Under the pieces are notes generated by a model. The model did no database searches and was not told where the DNA came from. It was given only the letters and a program-made list of their open reading frames with translations. DNA of 20,000 nt from Ancylonema sp. (taxonomy: Eukaryota): assembly GCA_050230475.1 (NCBI GenBank), contig JBFLGF010000154.1:45932-65931 (forward strand), written 5' to 3'. The position numbers and the translations under genes are program-made. The stretch's first letter is position 1. Each line of letters opens with the position of its first letter. Shown here piece after piece: positions 9,367-20,000 of this stretch.

Positions 9367-11509
9367 TAATATAAGTTTTTTTTTTTTTGTTTTTTTTAAT
9401 TTTGAATATAATCATATTTTTAAATCATGTTATTGTTGCGTGTATTCGTCAACTCTGTTGGCGTGTCAGCATGGAACCTCGCTGAACTCAGCTCATCCTA
9501 AGATTCCCCCCCACCCCCCCTACCCTCTTTCCACTTTTTGTGGCCAAATTCCTATTCCTCCTTTTTTTGGACTGCTTGTAGTGCTTGCAGCACCCCCCTC
9601 TCCACGACGATGGTGGATATTTGTTGAATTCTCTTGTGCAGAATATCCAATTTCTCCGTTCCCTCACCCCTCAATGTTGCCTCCTCCCCTGTGACATATT
9701 CTCCCCACCCCCTAAGGCACAATGTCATCTAAGGTGGAATCACATCTGGCGGGCGGTTTGGAGTCGGTTGCTCTTCAGGGTAGTTGGTAGTGTAAAGTTG
9801 TTTGTTTATTGTTCTAGATGTAGTCTTCTTATTGTAAATATTTTTCTCATACTTGCTCTCGGATGTTTGCTTCTCTCTTGTAGATGATTGAGTGCACTGT
9901 TGATACTGGTTGTTGTAATAATGACGTGCTTTGCTGTTCTCACTAAGTTGGCTTGCAATTTTGGTCCGTGCTAAGATCTAGAAGTGATTCTTCATCTATC
10001 AGGCTTTCGTAGCGTGCGTGTATAAAACACTAATTTACACCGAGGGCGAGTCGACAAATGTTATCGGTTTCAAAATTCAATGAATTACTCGATGGTAAAT
10101 CAAAGCGATTTTTGTGCAGAATGCTAGGGTCGAAAGCCGTAAGGCAAACTTTCGGGTGGAAAGTTAGATTGTCAAACGGTGTGGTTGACAGGCTATTGTA
10201 TGGATATTGTGTTGGTTCACTAAGAACGTCGGCAATTGGTTCCGCGTTGTTTTTTATTGGCTAGGTATGAACGTGAGCAAATCGATAATACTTGACAAAG
10301 CACAACTGGCCCAGTAAGAGCGGCAGCGAGTCGATGTATTTATAAAGCTGGCTCGTTGAGAGCGTCAACAACAAGATGCGATGTATTACGACAATAAAAA
10401 ATCATGCGCTCAGTGAGAGCGTCACTGAAAGATGATAATCAAAAACCGAAAATTTGCGAATGAAAATTCGGTCATCTTACTGGTTTCGTCGACGCCAGTC
10501 GAGCGAGCAATCGTAATCACACAAAGGTATCAGCAAGTACTGGTTTCAGCAAGGAGTTGCGAAGTAACAGAGATTACACTTGAGATTTTTTTGATGTTTT
10601 GAAAAGTGTCTTGCCGGCGCAATCCGATAGCGGAAGTTGACATATATTTTACAATTGAAAGTTCTTATGTGCGTCATGCTAATCGGCAGACTAACTAGAG
10701 GGAACTTCGACAGGGTTTGTGACAGGATGGACTCTAGAATGTTCAAGTCAATTCTATCATATCAATGAAATCATCAAGATGATACACGGCTGGATTCATT
10801 AGCCGGGATGATATCGACATGTCAGAAAAATCATAATTGAAAAAATAATACGCCCTAAGCGTTGAAAAATCGACACGCAGCCCAAGTTGTTACAAGTGTT
10901 GAATTCTGAACTCGTAAAATACGCCACGCGTTATTTTCGAGTTTACAAAGTTTTCCGGAAATTGCTAAGTATCAATTTTTTCAAACTTTCAACTTTCAAA
11001 CTCACTCTTCTTGCAACATCGGGTTGTCGCTACAAAGCGCTATATCGAAGTGGGTGGTTATAACGGGGTATTTTGGAAGAGGGGTCTGATATGAAGGGGT
11101 TTCTAATAGAGGGGTTTCTAATTAGGGATCTCTAGCGGTATGACACCTGACGTGCGGTTTGGAGTCCCTTGCACTTCACGGTAGTTCGTAGTTTAAAGAT
11201 AGTTGGGTGTTGTAGACGTAGTCCGGGACCGTACGGCGCACACGTGCCGCACGTGCGATCTGAATTAGTGCCGAGCAAGGGAGAAGAGCATAGTTGAGCG
11301 TGCATACGTGCGCGTACGCGTGCGGCGTCGGCACGTTTCATAAAAACCCGACGTGATTTTTTTGTCCGCCTACAAATGCGTACCGTCTGCAAGATTTGCA
11401 CCTCCATGTGGCATGCTAATCATCCAACGATGGAGAAGGGCCATGCTTGGGTGTTGACGCCACTTCCGTTCAAACTCAACGTTGTCTCACACCCAATATA
11501 GGTCCTTAA

Positions 11510-11978
11510 GGGCATCCGTTATTGCTATCAATGTTGATGTCACTTCGATTAGTGTCAGGCTCTAGGCCTCATTTCGGCAAGCGCTACCGTTTTTCAATAC
11601 TAATGCCACCGGCAAATAAATTGTCATCGAGACTTCCGCTACATGACAATGTCGATTCCCGTGACAATATCGGGGCCCAAATTGTCAGGCAAATCGACAT
11701 AGGCAAAAATATTGTCCGCCGGTCATATACTATCAAGCACTCGCTTCGATTGTTGTCGTTTAACCCTTCGGCCCCGAGGGGTCGCGCTTAGTCATAATCT
11801 TGTTCCTTGGCCCTCCGCTATTCGTTGGCATTTAGAATGTTGAGACCACGATGGAGCTTGCCAAATGCTAGCGGGACAATACAAATTTGTAGCACGCGTT
11901 ACATATTGACACCATGCGTAGACTTTGGCGGATAACCTCCCGAATCCGCATTTGCATCGGCAGCGGTAGCGGATGCCC
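11510..11978. mobile_element. PIF/Harbinger-type (Tourist-like) MITE, 469 bp, TSD TAA
   Basis: TAA|GGGCATCCGTTATTGCTATCAATG ... CATCGGCAGCGGTAGCGGATGCCC|TAA. TAA at 11507-11509 and 11979-11981. GGG-starting TIRs with a TAA TSD are characteristic of this superfamily. Confidence 0.75.
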
Positions 11979-12161
11979 TAAGGTAACAAATCGAAGAGGT
12001 CCTTGTCACGACTGTACGCCTTTTAAATGGCTCATGATGAAAGTTAATAAGGTTAAAACATTTCGTTTTGTCTACAAACACATGGCAAGTTAGACTTATA
12101 TCAACATATTGACTCGACTCCCCCTCATATCGGACATTGGACGTACCTAGTAGGTACTACC

Positions 12162-12588
12162 TGTGAGTGCTTTCTTCTGCCATCGATGCAAGAATAAAGC
12201 ACAACTCTCTCAGACAACTCTTGAATCGACAGATCACGTCATTACAAACGTTGACACGACAAAAGTGCAAGTTTGAAGTATAAAGTATTGATTGAGGAAT
12301 TCAGCATGCAAGCTCAGACCTAGTACAGTCGATTGTTGCCTGGTGAGAGAATCTACTGGTATCGAAACTACTTCGTCAATTGCCAATCATATCTCTAAGC
12401 ATTCTGCCACATCAACTAGTTCTTATCGACACTTGCGCCAGATGGCCAAGTAATCATTGAAACAAGGACGTCGGCCTGCAGCCTGCCTGCAGCCTGCATT
12501 TGCTGAATAACGACAAAACTAAAGCTAAATTCCCGGTATTGCTAAAATCGATATAACGAAAAAAGTTCACAGCCCCTAAAAACTAACA
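12162..12588 (-). repeat. 3' LTR of the copia element (427 bp)
   Basis: Direct repeat of 16936-17383; sense strand begins TGTTAG and ends CTCACA. Confidence 0.93.
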
Positions 12589-12600
12589 CCCCCTCCCTTA
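12589..12600 (-). other. Polypurine tract (sense TAAGGGAGGGGG) abutting the 3' LTR
   Basis: Purine run immediately upstream of the 3' LTR TG. Confidence 0.88.
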
Positions 12601-12646
12601 CTTTTGTAATCCCCCTCCAAAAACGATGACCAAAACGATATCGATT

Positions 12647-15600
12647 TTACAAACACAAGTCGACAAAAAATTCTTTTTCATACACCAACCCCACCAGATC
12701 ACAATTTTTATTCAACACCTTGGCAAACACTGGTTTAGTCAACATATCAGTAGCCTGGTCTTCACTCTTGACAAACTGTAGATTGATCTTTTTCTTGGTC
12801 ACCCTCTGTCGAATGGAATGATACTTGATCTCGATGTGTTTGGAGCGCTTGTGGAAAACAGGATTCTCAGCAAGTTTCAAGTACATAGCCAGTTCTCCCC
12901 TTCCTAGTGTCGACGTCGTCACCATGACTAGCATCTGAGTAGCCGATGACTGACAAATCACCTCCTTTCTTGTACATCAGCCCCAAATTGACAGCCCCAA
13001 ATTGACAGTTCCCTTGAGTTATCGCAAAACTCTCTTTACCCCCTCCCAATGCTTGTCCCCTGGCTGCTGACTGTATCGACACAGGGAGTTAAGAGCAGCT
13101 CCCCTCAGAAGTGAGATACAGTAAACTGCCCATTGCAGACTTGTAGCCCACACCCTCTATTCCAGCAGATTCAGAAGCAGATTCACACTTTGCAGCAAAT
13201 TTTACACCCATCTCAAGAGGAGTAGCAACATAATTGCAGTCTTGCATCCCAAACTTGGTGAGGAGATCTCTGGCATATTTCTCTTGCACCAAAAACACGT
13301 TGCCATCAGACTGCCGTCGAATCTCAAGCCCCCCCCAACAAGAATTTGCTTCCCCCAGGTCTTTCATGTTATACTTCTTTCCCAGCCCTCTTTTCACCCC
13401 AAAAATAGTATCCAGCCTGATGCAGAGGAGAAACACATCATCCCACATAGAGCGCCAAGTAGAGTGCTTCTGGCCCTTCTCCCAGAATATAAAGGCCAAA
13501 AATCTGAAGCCAGACGATGAAACTGCAAGCTTTTCTCGATGTGCTGATTCCATCCTCTCGGTGCCTGCTTGAGGCCGTACAAGCACCTGAGTAGTAGCCA
13601 CTGTTGGAATTGAGTAGTAGCCACACCAAATCTGTTTCACCAGGCCCACACGTGCCGTTAGGGGCCTCCATGTACACCTCCTCTTCCAGGGGTGCATAGA
13701 GAAAAGATGCCGCTACATCCATCTGATGCATGTGTAGACCCCTGGAAGCTCCCATGGCCACAAGTTGGCGAATGCTCTCAAAACGAACAGTTGGAGAACC
13801 TCTACTTGACTAAATCCCTGAATCCCTTAACAATTCTTGCTTTGTATTTTTCTACAAAACCATCTGCATTGAATTTGATCTTTGACTTCACAACTTTCTT
13901 CCCCTTCGGCCTTGGCACAAGTCGATAGACATGGTTTTCGTTTTCTTGTAGGCTTGCCATTTCTGCAGCCATTGCAGCTTTCCACTCAGCTGCTTGTGGG
14001 CTGTTAAGAGCGTCCTCGACAGTCGTTGGTGTCTTTATCTCACTTTCCAAGTTGGCAACAAAAGCAGCAACAAATTTGTTGGGATGCATTCCTCTGTTCT
14101 CCCTTGCAGATCGACGAATAGGCTCTGGATCATCGATAGAAGTTTCTGAAAAGTTGTCGTTCACGCCCATTGGATTAAGAGGAGTAGCATCATCTGGATA
14201 CCATTCTGGACCATCTTCCAGATGATCTTCGTCTTCATCGCCTCCACTAGAATTGCTGACAAGTTATGGAAGATCTGCACTCTGAGGAAGAGGAGATCTC
14301 GGAAGCTGTGGCAATGGGTTTCCGACAGCATCAGGGATCTCTTCATCGACAGAATTTGGATCGCCATAGGCAGGTTGCCCACCTCCAGAAATACCCCCTC
14401 CGAGACCAACACTACCCCCTCCTGCTCCTTGATCAGCTGCATCCAGATCTGGCCATGACATTTTTGTTTCTCCAAGTGGCTCATGCACTCTTGCCTTCTT
14501 GCCAATTTTCTGACCCCTCCACCAGCTTTGCTTGACAGATTCATCGAAGTCTGCATGACCAGTGCCAACGTTGTGTACTTTGTTCGTTGCAGGATCCCAG
14601 ACTCGGTAGCAAGGACTGTCGGGATTCCATCCAAACTAACACACCAAGCCAAGCCAGCGCACTCATTTTCCCAGCCCGATCTTGTTTCTCCAGTCGCACA
14701 TAAACTTTGCAGCCGAATGATCGAAGATGATCAACCTTTGGACTTCTCCTGACCACATCCTCCCTCTGGAGTTTTTGGAAGTCCGCTGACTTGACATCGA
14801 TTTCTGAGGTATGAAGCTAAGGAGATTGCTTCTGCCCACAGACCAAGAGGAAGTTGCATGTGCAAAAACATAGAGCGAGCCCTGTATTGCAACGTACGAT
14901 TCATGCGTTCTGTGATTGCATTGCCTTGAGGAGTGTTTGGCGGAGTTGTCTCATGTCTGATGCCTCTGTTTTTGAGCCACTTCTGCAGATCACCATCGAT
15001 AAAGTCTCCCCCTTGATCTGATCTCAGATTTTTAACAGGTTTCCCAGCTTGTCTTTTCCAGATTGCGATCCATTGCTTCAGACGAGGAGCTGCATCATCT
15101 TTGGTGCGAAGTATTTCCACCCAGGATTTTCGGCTGTATTCATCGACCAGCACCATGTTGTACACTCCTCCCCCTATTGATGCTGGATTGAACGGCCTTG
15201 CCAAGTCCACCGACACTCTTCCTAGGCAGACTTGTTCTCCTGCACCACCTTCTCGTCGAGGATGAGGTTTGTCGTGTGCCTTCCCCAGCTTGCACCCTTC
15301 ACAATTTTGCAGAACTCCTGAGATGCCTCCTTCCAGTCCTCGTACAAAGATGTTGTCGTGCCACATTTTTGAGCACTCTCTCATTTGCCATGCCCAAGTC
15401 TCGTGTGCAGGAGGTCGATTTCGACTGCAGCTACAACAGCTTCCCCTTCAGTAAGTTGCTGATGTCGAACCGGTGTGCAGATGAGAGTTTTTCGACCTGC
15501 CGATGTTTCTTGCAGAGTGCAGACTTGTTGTCCAGATTTGCTGTAAATTGGAATGATGCCACCGGCTTTTCCACTGCAAGTGTAAGACCACCCTGCTTCT

Positions 15601-16950
15601 CTAGCTTTCTGACCGGTGAACAAATTAATGCGCATCCCAGGAATGTACAAACATTTCTTGAGTGTTACTCCTCCACACTCTCCCTCAGTATTCAGCTCAA
15701 TTGTTCCCCACTGCTTCACTCGCACACTTCCGACCAGATGATGCATGATGACCTCGTGTGGACTTCGAGGATTTTGAAGAGATTTTTCTGTCCACAGGAA
15801 TGGTGACTGGAACCATCGTCGAAAGGAAATCTTTGTCCGCATCATCATTCATCTGCAACATTTCCTTACAGATTTCAGCGATGATAGCTTCTGCATGACC
15901 ACAGCTCTTCCCTTGATCGATTTCGCCAACGAAAGCTCTTTTTCTCCCAGTGCGTACCCTCTTTCTCTGCATTCGTGGAGCTTCGTTTTTCTTGTCGAAA
16001 CATGTTAATTCCACATGACCAATGGCTCCACAATATTTGCTTCTTCGTTTTTCTTGGAGCAGTCTCTGCTGTAGTGACCTGTCTCTCCACAAGTATAGCA
16101 GGAATGCCCTCCACTTGATCCATTGCCTCCACCTCTGCCTCCACGCCCACCTCTGAGATTCCACGATTATTTGCTGAATACCCACTGAATGTACCCCTGC
16201 CTCCACGATTGTCGATACCACCACCTCTGTCTTGGTGATTTTTTTTGTTGCGCTGACCACTTAGCATAGTTTGCCTCTAACAACTAGTGCCTCAGCATTT
16301 TGGACATCTTTTTCTTTTTTGTCATCCAGCTCATCCATTCCCATTTGCCCCCAGATCCAGCTGATCCCAGGTGCCTCTTTCTGTCTATAGTAAAGCTTCT
16401 TCAACATGCCTATTGTTCTTGACATGCCAACAAACAATGCCATCACCTGATCTTCTGCGCTGACTGGAAATTTTTGATGTACACACTCTCTGATGAGCGA
16501 CAGAAAAGCATTCTTGATTTCTCTGACTCGCATCTTTTCATCGATCTTGAAAGAGTTCAGCTTTTCTTTTGCAATCTGTCGTAGTTCTAGAGACACCTTG
16601 TCATACTCCTCTGTCAGATAGGTCCCACAACATCGCCTTTGGATCTCGTTCAAATTGTTCTGATGTAGCGTTGTCGTCACTGACAAATTGCATGAGTAGC
16701 ATGACTGCCTTCTTTGATCTTTTGCGGAAGCTTCTGACATCAAGTGTATACTGCTCCATTTCTGTTTCATTTGTTGGCCACTGTTCATCATCATATCTGG
16801 CTGTAACCTCAGTTGGAATAGTCTCTGTTACTTTGCACATCTCAAGGCACTCAACATCATCAAGAGTAGCTGAGGCCTTAGATCTCCATGCTTGAAAGGT
16901 AACTTTATCTCCATCCAGAATGCAGTACCGTGCTCTGTTTCTTCTGCCAT
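12647..16950 (-). pseudogene. Copia gag-pol polyprotein pseudogene (many frameshifts, stops and internal deletions)
   Basis: Gag: ILDGDKVTFQAW, zinc knuckle CYTCGETGHYSRDC, and a second frameshifted knuckle KYCGAIGHVELTC. Protease-like FDDGSSHH. Pre-integrase LLHTRLGH. Integrase: CEGCKLGK, VDEYSR, RSDQGGDF, ERMNRTL. RT: EWKAAMAAEMASL, KYKARIV, HQMDVAASFL, LYGLKQAPRGW, frameshifted LYV/DD, MKDLGEA. RNase H: GYSDASHG...RTGYV and NPVFHKRSKHIEIKYH. Confidence 0.95.
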
Positions 16951-17383
16951 CGATGCAAGAATAAAGTTCACTTCTTCTTAATCGATGCAAGAATAAAGCA
17001 CAATTATCTCAGACAACTCTTGAATCGACAGATCACGTCATTACAAACGTTGACACAACAAAAGTGCAAGTTTGAAGTAGACAAGTCTGATTACAGAATT
17101 GAGCATACAAGCTCAGACCTAGTACCGTCGATTGTTGCCTGGTCAAAGAATCTATTGGTATCGAAACTACTTCGTCAATTGCCAATCATATCTAAGCATT
17201 CTGCCACATACACTTGTGCCAGATGGCCAAGTAATCGCCAAGTAATCATTGAAACAAGGACATCGGGCCTGCAGCCGGCCTGCAGCCTGCATTTGCTGAA
17301 TAACGACAAAACTAAAGCTAAATTCCCGGTATTTGCTAAAAATCGATATAACGACAAAAGTTCACAGCCCCTAAAAACTAACA
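16936..17383 (-). repeat. 5' LTR of the copia element (448 bp)
   Basis: Direct repeat of 12162-12588 with several indels and substitutions; followed on the + strand by the CTACC TSD. Confidence 0.9.
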
Positions 17384-17391
17384 CTACCTAC

Positions 17392-17666
17392 CATAGTTGG
17401 GCCCGATCCCCCCGATCCCACATCCGGATCGGAGTCAGAGCGGACCCCATCCAGTACGGCGCCGGTTCGGATATACCCCGATCGGACCCAGTAGTGAGAA
17501 AGTACGGAGGAGAAGAAAATAAATGATGTGAGTTTGACGCCTTAAAAAGCGCATATGAACTAATACTCGTCGATTTGCACCTTCGTCGAAATTGCGCCCG
17601 GATCCGGATCGGACCGGGATCGGGTCTGGTCCGGATCCAAGATTTCCTGATCTGATCGGACCTAAT
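17392..17666. mobile_element. hAT-like non-autonomous element remnant with a CATAGTTGGGC terminus and dense GATCGG/CCGATC subterminal motifs
   Basis: Left end CATAGTTGGGCCCGATC. A degenerate inverted counterpart GATCGGACCTAA lies near 17654-17665. No convincing TSD. Confidence 0.5.
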
Positions 17667-17731
17667 ACACAGCGCCTCAAATGCCCTTCCTACTTCCAAA
17701 CATACATGGAGAAATGCCTGAAGATACTGAT

Positions 17732-17967
17732 CATAGGCGTGCACAACTATAATCGCATACCTGTTCGGAGTATGTGTGCTGAACCCCGCACACATGTGCA
17801 CGCCCAAGTAACAAAAAACAAGTAAGCTAAAAATACATAAAATAATACTATGAGTGGCGGCTTTTGATATAGTTTAAAAATCCAACGGATTTTGCAAAGA
17901 TGTGTGCGATGCGCACATGTTCCGAACATGTGCGCCACACCCGCGTACATGTGCGCGCCCAACTATG
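17732..17967. mobile_element. hAT-like MITE (236 bp) with a degenerate 8-bp TSD
   Basis: Ends CATAGGCGTGCAC ... GTGCGCGCCCAACTATG. Flanks ATACTGAT (17724-17731) and ACATTGAT (17968-17975) differ by two transitions. Internal GCACATGT(G)-like motifs. Confidence 0.55.
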
Positions 17968-18670
17968 ACATTGATGATACCAGAACGACACAATCAGAAA
18001 AAATGGAATCGGGTGATTGGGAAGACAAGGGGGGTAATAGATTCCCATAAACTAATACATGAGGCCCGTGACAATCTAGTTGTTCCAAACAGTTTGACTA
18101 TATTTTAAAACTCGATCTCGACACATACATCAAAACAACACCTCTTCAAATAACTAGTTGGGAGACACTACTTTATTTTAATTTCACTACAAAAAACAAA
18201 CTCCTCCCATTCCCAGAGATAGTAAAGGTACTTCAGCGTCCAACTAAGGGACCAAATAAAATACGACGACAAAGAATCGAACTAATGCGCCACCTGATCA
18301 TCCCATCACAGACCGCCATCCTTTACCTCGCGTCCCCCCCCAAAACATAAACACCTCCTACGCCGACAACCAAACTACCCGGGTGTAAAAAAGAACCAAA
18401 CGAAAACAAAAGAATAATACCCTACCTTAGTTACTTACTTGTAACGGATTCGGCCCACAATCACCGACAAACTATCCACTCTCTCATCCCCGACTTCAAG
18501 CCCCCCATTTTCTCCTCTCCCCCCCACCCCCCCCAAAAAAAAACCCGCTCTTCACAGCCAACCGAATGTGAATCCAAAGCAGTCTTTATACCTACTCCCC
18601 CCTCCCCCCCCCCCCCCCCACCCCCCATACACATAACTACCCCCATATTCCTCTCCCGTTTGGTGCGCTC

Positions 18671-18768
18671 AACCCCAAACCCTACACCCCAAACCCCAAA
18701 TCCCAAATGCCAAACCCCAAACCCCAGACCCGAAACCCTAAACCCTAACCCTCAGACCCTACAACCCC
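18671..18768. repeat. Degenerate interstitial telomere-like repeats (AAACCCT/AAACCCC; TTTAGGG type)
   Basis: About 13 degenerate 6-8-nt units, including the exact run AAACCCTAAACCCTAACCCT. Confidence 0.7.
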
Positions 18769-18779
18769 CTCCCCAATCT

Positions 18780-19712
18780 CTACGCCCTCCTCCCTCCTAC
18801 GATTCTCCTCCCCCTCTTAATGGCGTCCGCCTGCCGTCGGTTCAACGTGTCCATGTCGGTGGACACCTCGTCCAAGGCCTTGTCTTGCCTGACAGGTGGC
18901 AGACACGTGGCGGGAAGGGGATCAGATGGGGCAAACAATATCCATTTGATATGTATGTGTATACATATACATATGTAGAAATATATGTCATATATTTTAT
19001 ATGTTATGTATTTTACAAGTTATATGTTGTATGTGTCATTACGATCATATACATACCATAATCATATTAATATTCTACATGTTTTTACGATTTCACATGT
19101 ATTCATACTGTATTAATATATTACGGTACCATGATAGGGAGGAAGTATATGTGCTTCTTCCCAAATTCTCACATAACAAACGAACATGCTTGCCCCCGAG
19201 TGAAAAATAAATATATTTGCACTTGGGAAGTGAAGTTAGTATTCCTCTCGTTGGCACATCATATCTGCATAGTCACATCATATCTGTAGAGTCACATCAT
19301 CTTTCATTCGATGAAATAAGTAAATCCAATGAGAGTTGAATTTATATACATGAACACAATCATTTGCTTTTACTTCTAGGGACGTTACATCCACCATGTG
19401 CTATGCACGTCACAGAAATCTGTCTATGTCTCCCTCTTAACATTCTCTGTATCGATGTAACTCATTAATGTAGACAGGTTACCGATGGACAAAGTATAGA
19501 TTTCTGTTGCTGACGTCAATGTCGAGCAGTATAGTGAGAGCAATACCAGATATCCCTGTGCAACAGCTCAACTGCAGCCCCCCACCCCCCCCCAAACCTC
19601 CCCCCTTCTCTCACCTGCCCATCTCCTTCCCCATTTCCTGCGCTTGACTCTTCATATCCCTCAGAGCGTCACTGACGCTGTCCAATAGTTTGTCCTGGGT
19701 GTTGAACTCGTC
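18780..19712 (-). CDS. SNAP25/SNAP33-family Qbc-SNARE, last two exons (19712-19615 and 18888-18780); upstream exons not identified in this window
   Basis: Spliced AG|GTGAG ... TGTCAG|G gives DEFNTQDKLLDSVSDALRDMKSQAQEMGKEMGRQDKALDEVSTDMDTLNRRQADAIKRGRRIVGGRRA*. This is a heptad SNARE coiled coil with a central Q, no transmembrane tail, and the RGRR(L/I) ending typical of plant SNAP33-like proteins. Confidence 0.85.
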
Positions 19713-20000
19713 CTGAACCCCAAACCCCACCCACATTGAGCCGATGACTCGTGCAGCTGTGCCAAGGCCAAGGTTTCTCCACAGAGAGAGAGAGCAACTA
19801 AAGTTCTGTAACTTGTCATTTCTCATCTCTCATTTGTCATTTGTCATTTACAAAATTCAAAACTCATCATTTGTTATTGATCCTTCGTTTTTTAGAAATA
19901 CGGATTCACCTCTGTAAGAACACACACACACACATTATTTAAACACAAACACGTAACTGAAAAACGTAATTATAAGCCTCCCATTCCCAACCCATCCTTT

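Larger units (their letters stand above)
12162..17383 (-). mobile_element. Ty1/copia LTR retrotransposon, both LTRs present, decayed internal region, 5222 bp
   Basis: Two LTRs with TG...CA ends. 5-bp TSD CTACC at 12157-12161 and 17384-17388. Polypurine tract present. Domain order gag-PR-INT-RT-RH is diagnostic of copia. Confidence 0.96.

Noticed and set aside
11764..11792. Helitron 3' end (GC hairpin CCCTTCGG/CCGAGGGG followed by CTTAG-T)
   Set aside because: The terminus is not CTRR, no 5' TC boundary was found, and it lies within a Tourist-like MITE.
17119..17130. Tf1-like self-priming via AGTACCGT shared between the LTR and the PBS region
   Set aside because: The 8-nt match is in direct, not complementary, orientation and is short enough to be chance.
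13234..17526. Plus-strand ORFs within the copia element and its LTR
   Set aside because: They are antisense shadows of gag-pol or chance ORFs with no recognisable domain; no evidence for an env-like or extra gene.
11289..17967. One giant hAT element enclosing the copia insertion
   Set aside because: The flanks (GAGAAGAG versus ACATTGAT) do not form a TSD, and the right end pairs better with 17732.

Overview
Eukaryotic nuclear DNA with spliceosomal GT-AG introns, probably from a green alga or other plant-lineage organism (inferred from a plastid-type transit peptide, TTTAGGG-like repeats and a SNAP33-like SNARE). Left part: two divergently transcribed intron-containing genes, a purple-acid-phosphatase/TRAP-like metallophosphoesterase (- strand, 5 exons visible, running off the left edge) and a complete 5-exon CBS-pair protein gene (+ strand, 229 aa). 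Middle (about 7.3-18 kb): a transposon-rich intergenic region. It holds several non-autonomous TIR elements and a decayed Ty1/copia retrotransposon (12162-17383, - strand) with both LTRs and a CTACC target-site duplication. The TIR elements include a TA-flanked element carrying a tRNA-derived, highly structured insert, a TAA-flanked Tourist-like MITE, and hAT-like MITEs. Right end: the last two exons of a SNAP25/SNAP33-type SNARE gene (- strand), followed by degenerate telomere-like repeats. Most notable: (i) the 394-bp TIR element carrying a tRNA 3' half plus a multi-hairpin RNA-like body; (ii) the copia gag start codon lies inside the LTR and no canonical primer-binding site follows it; (iii) a GNHD-to-GDHD change in a metal-ligand motif of the phosphatase, and a P1BS/G-box palindrome in its shared promoter; (iv) mutually complementary simple repeats at the two ends of a phosphatase intron that has no polypyrimidine tract.
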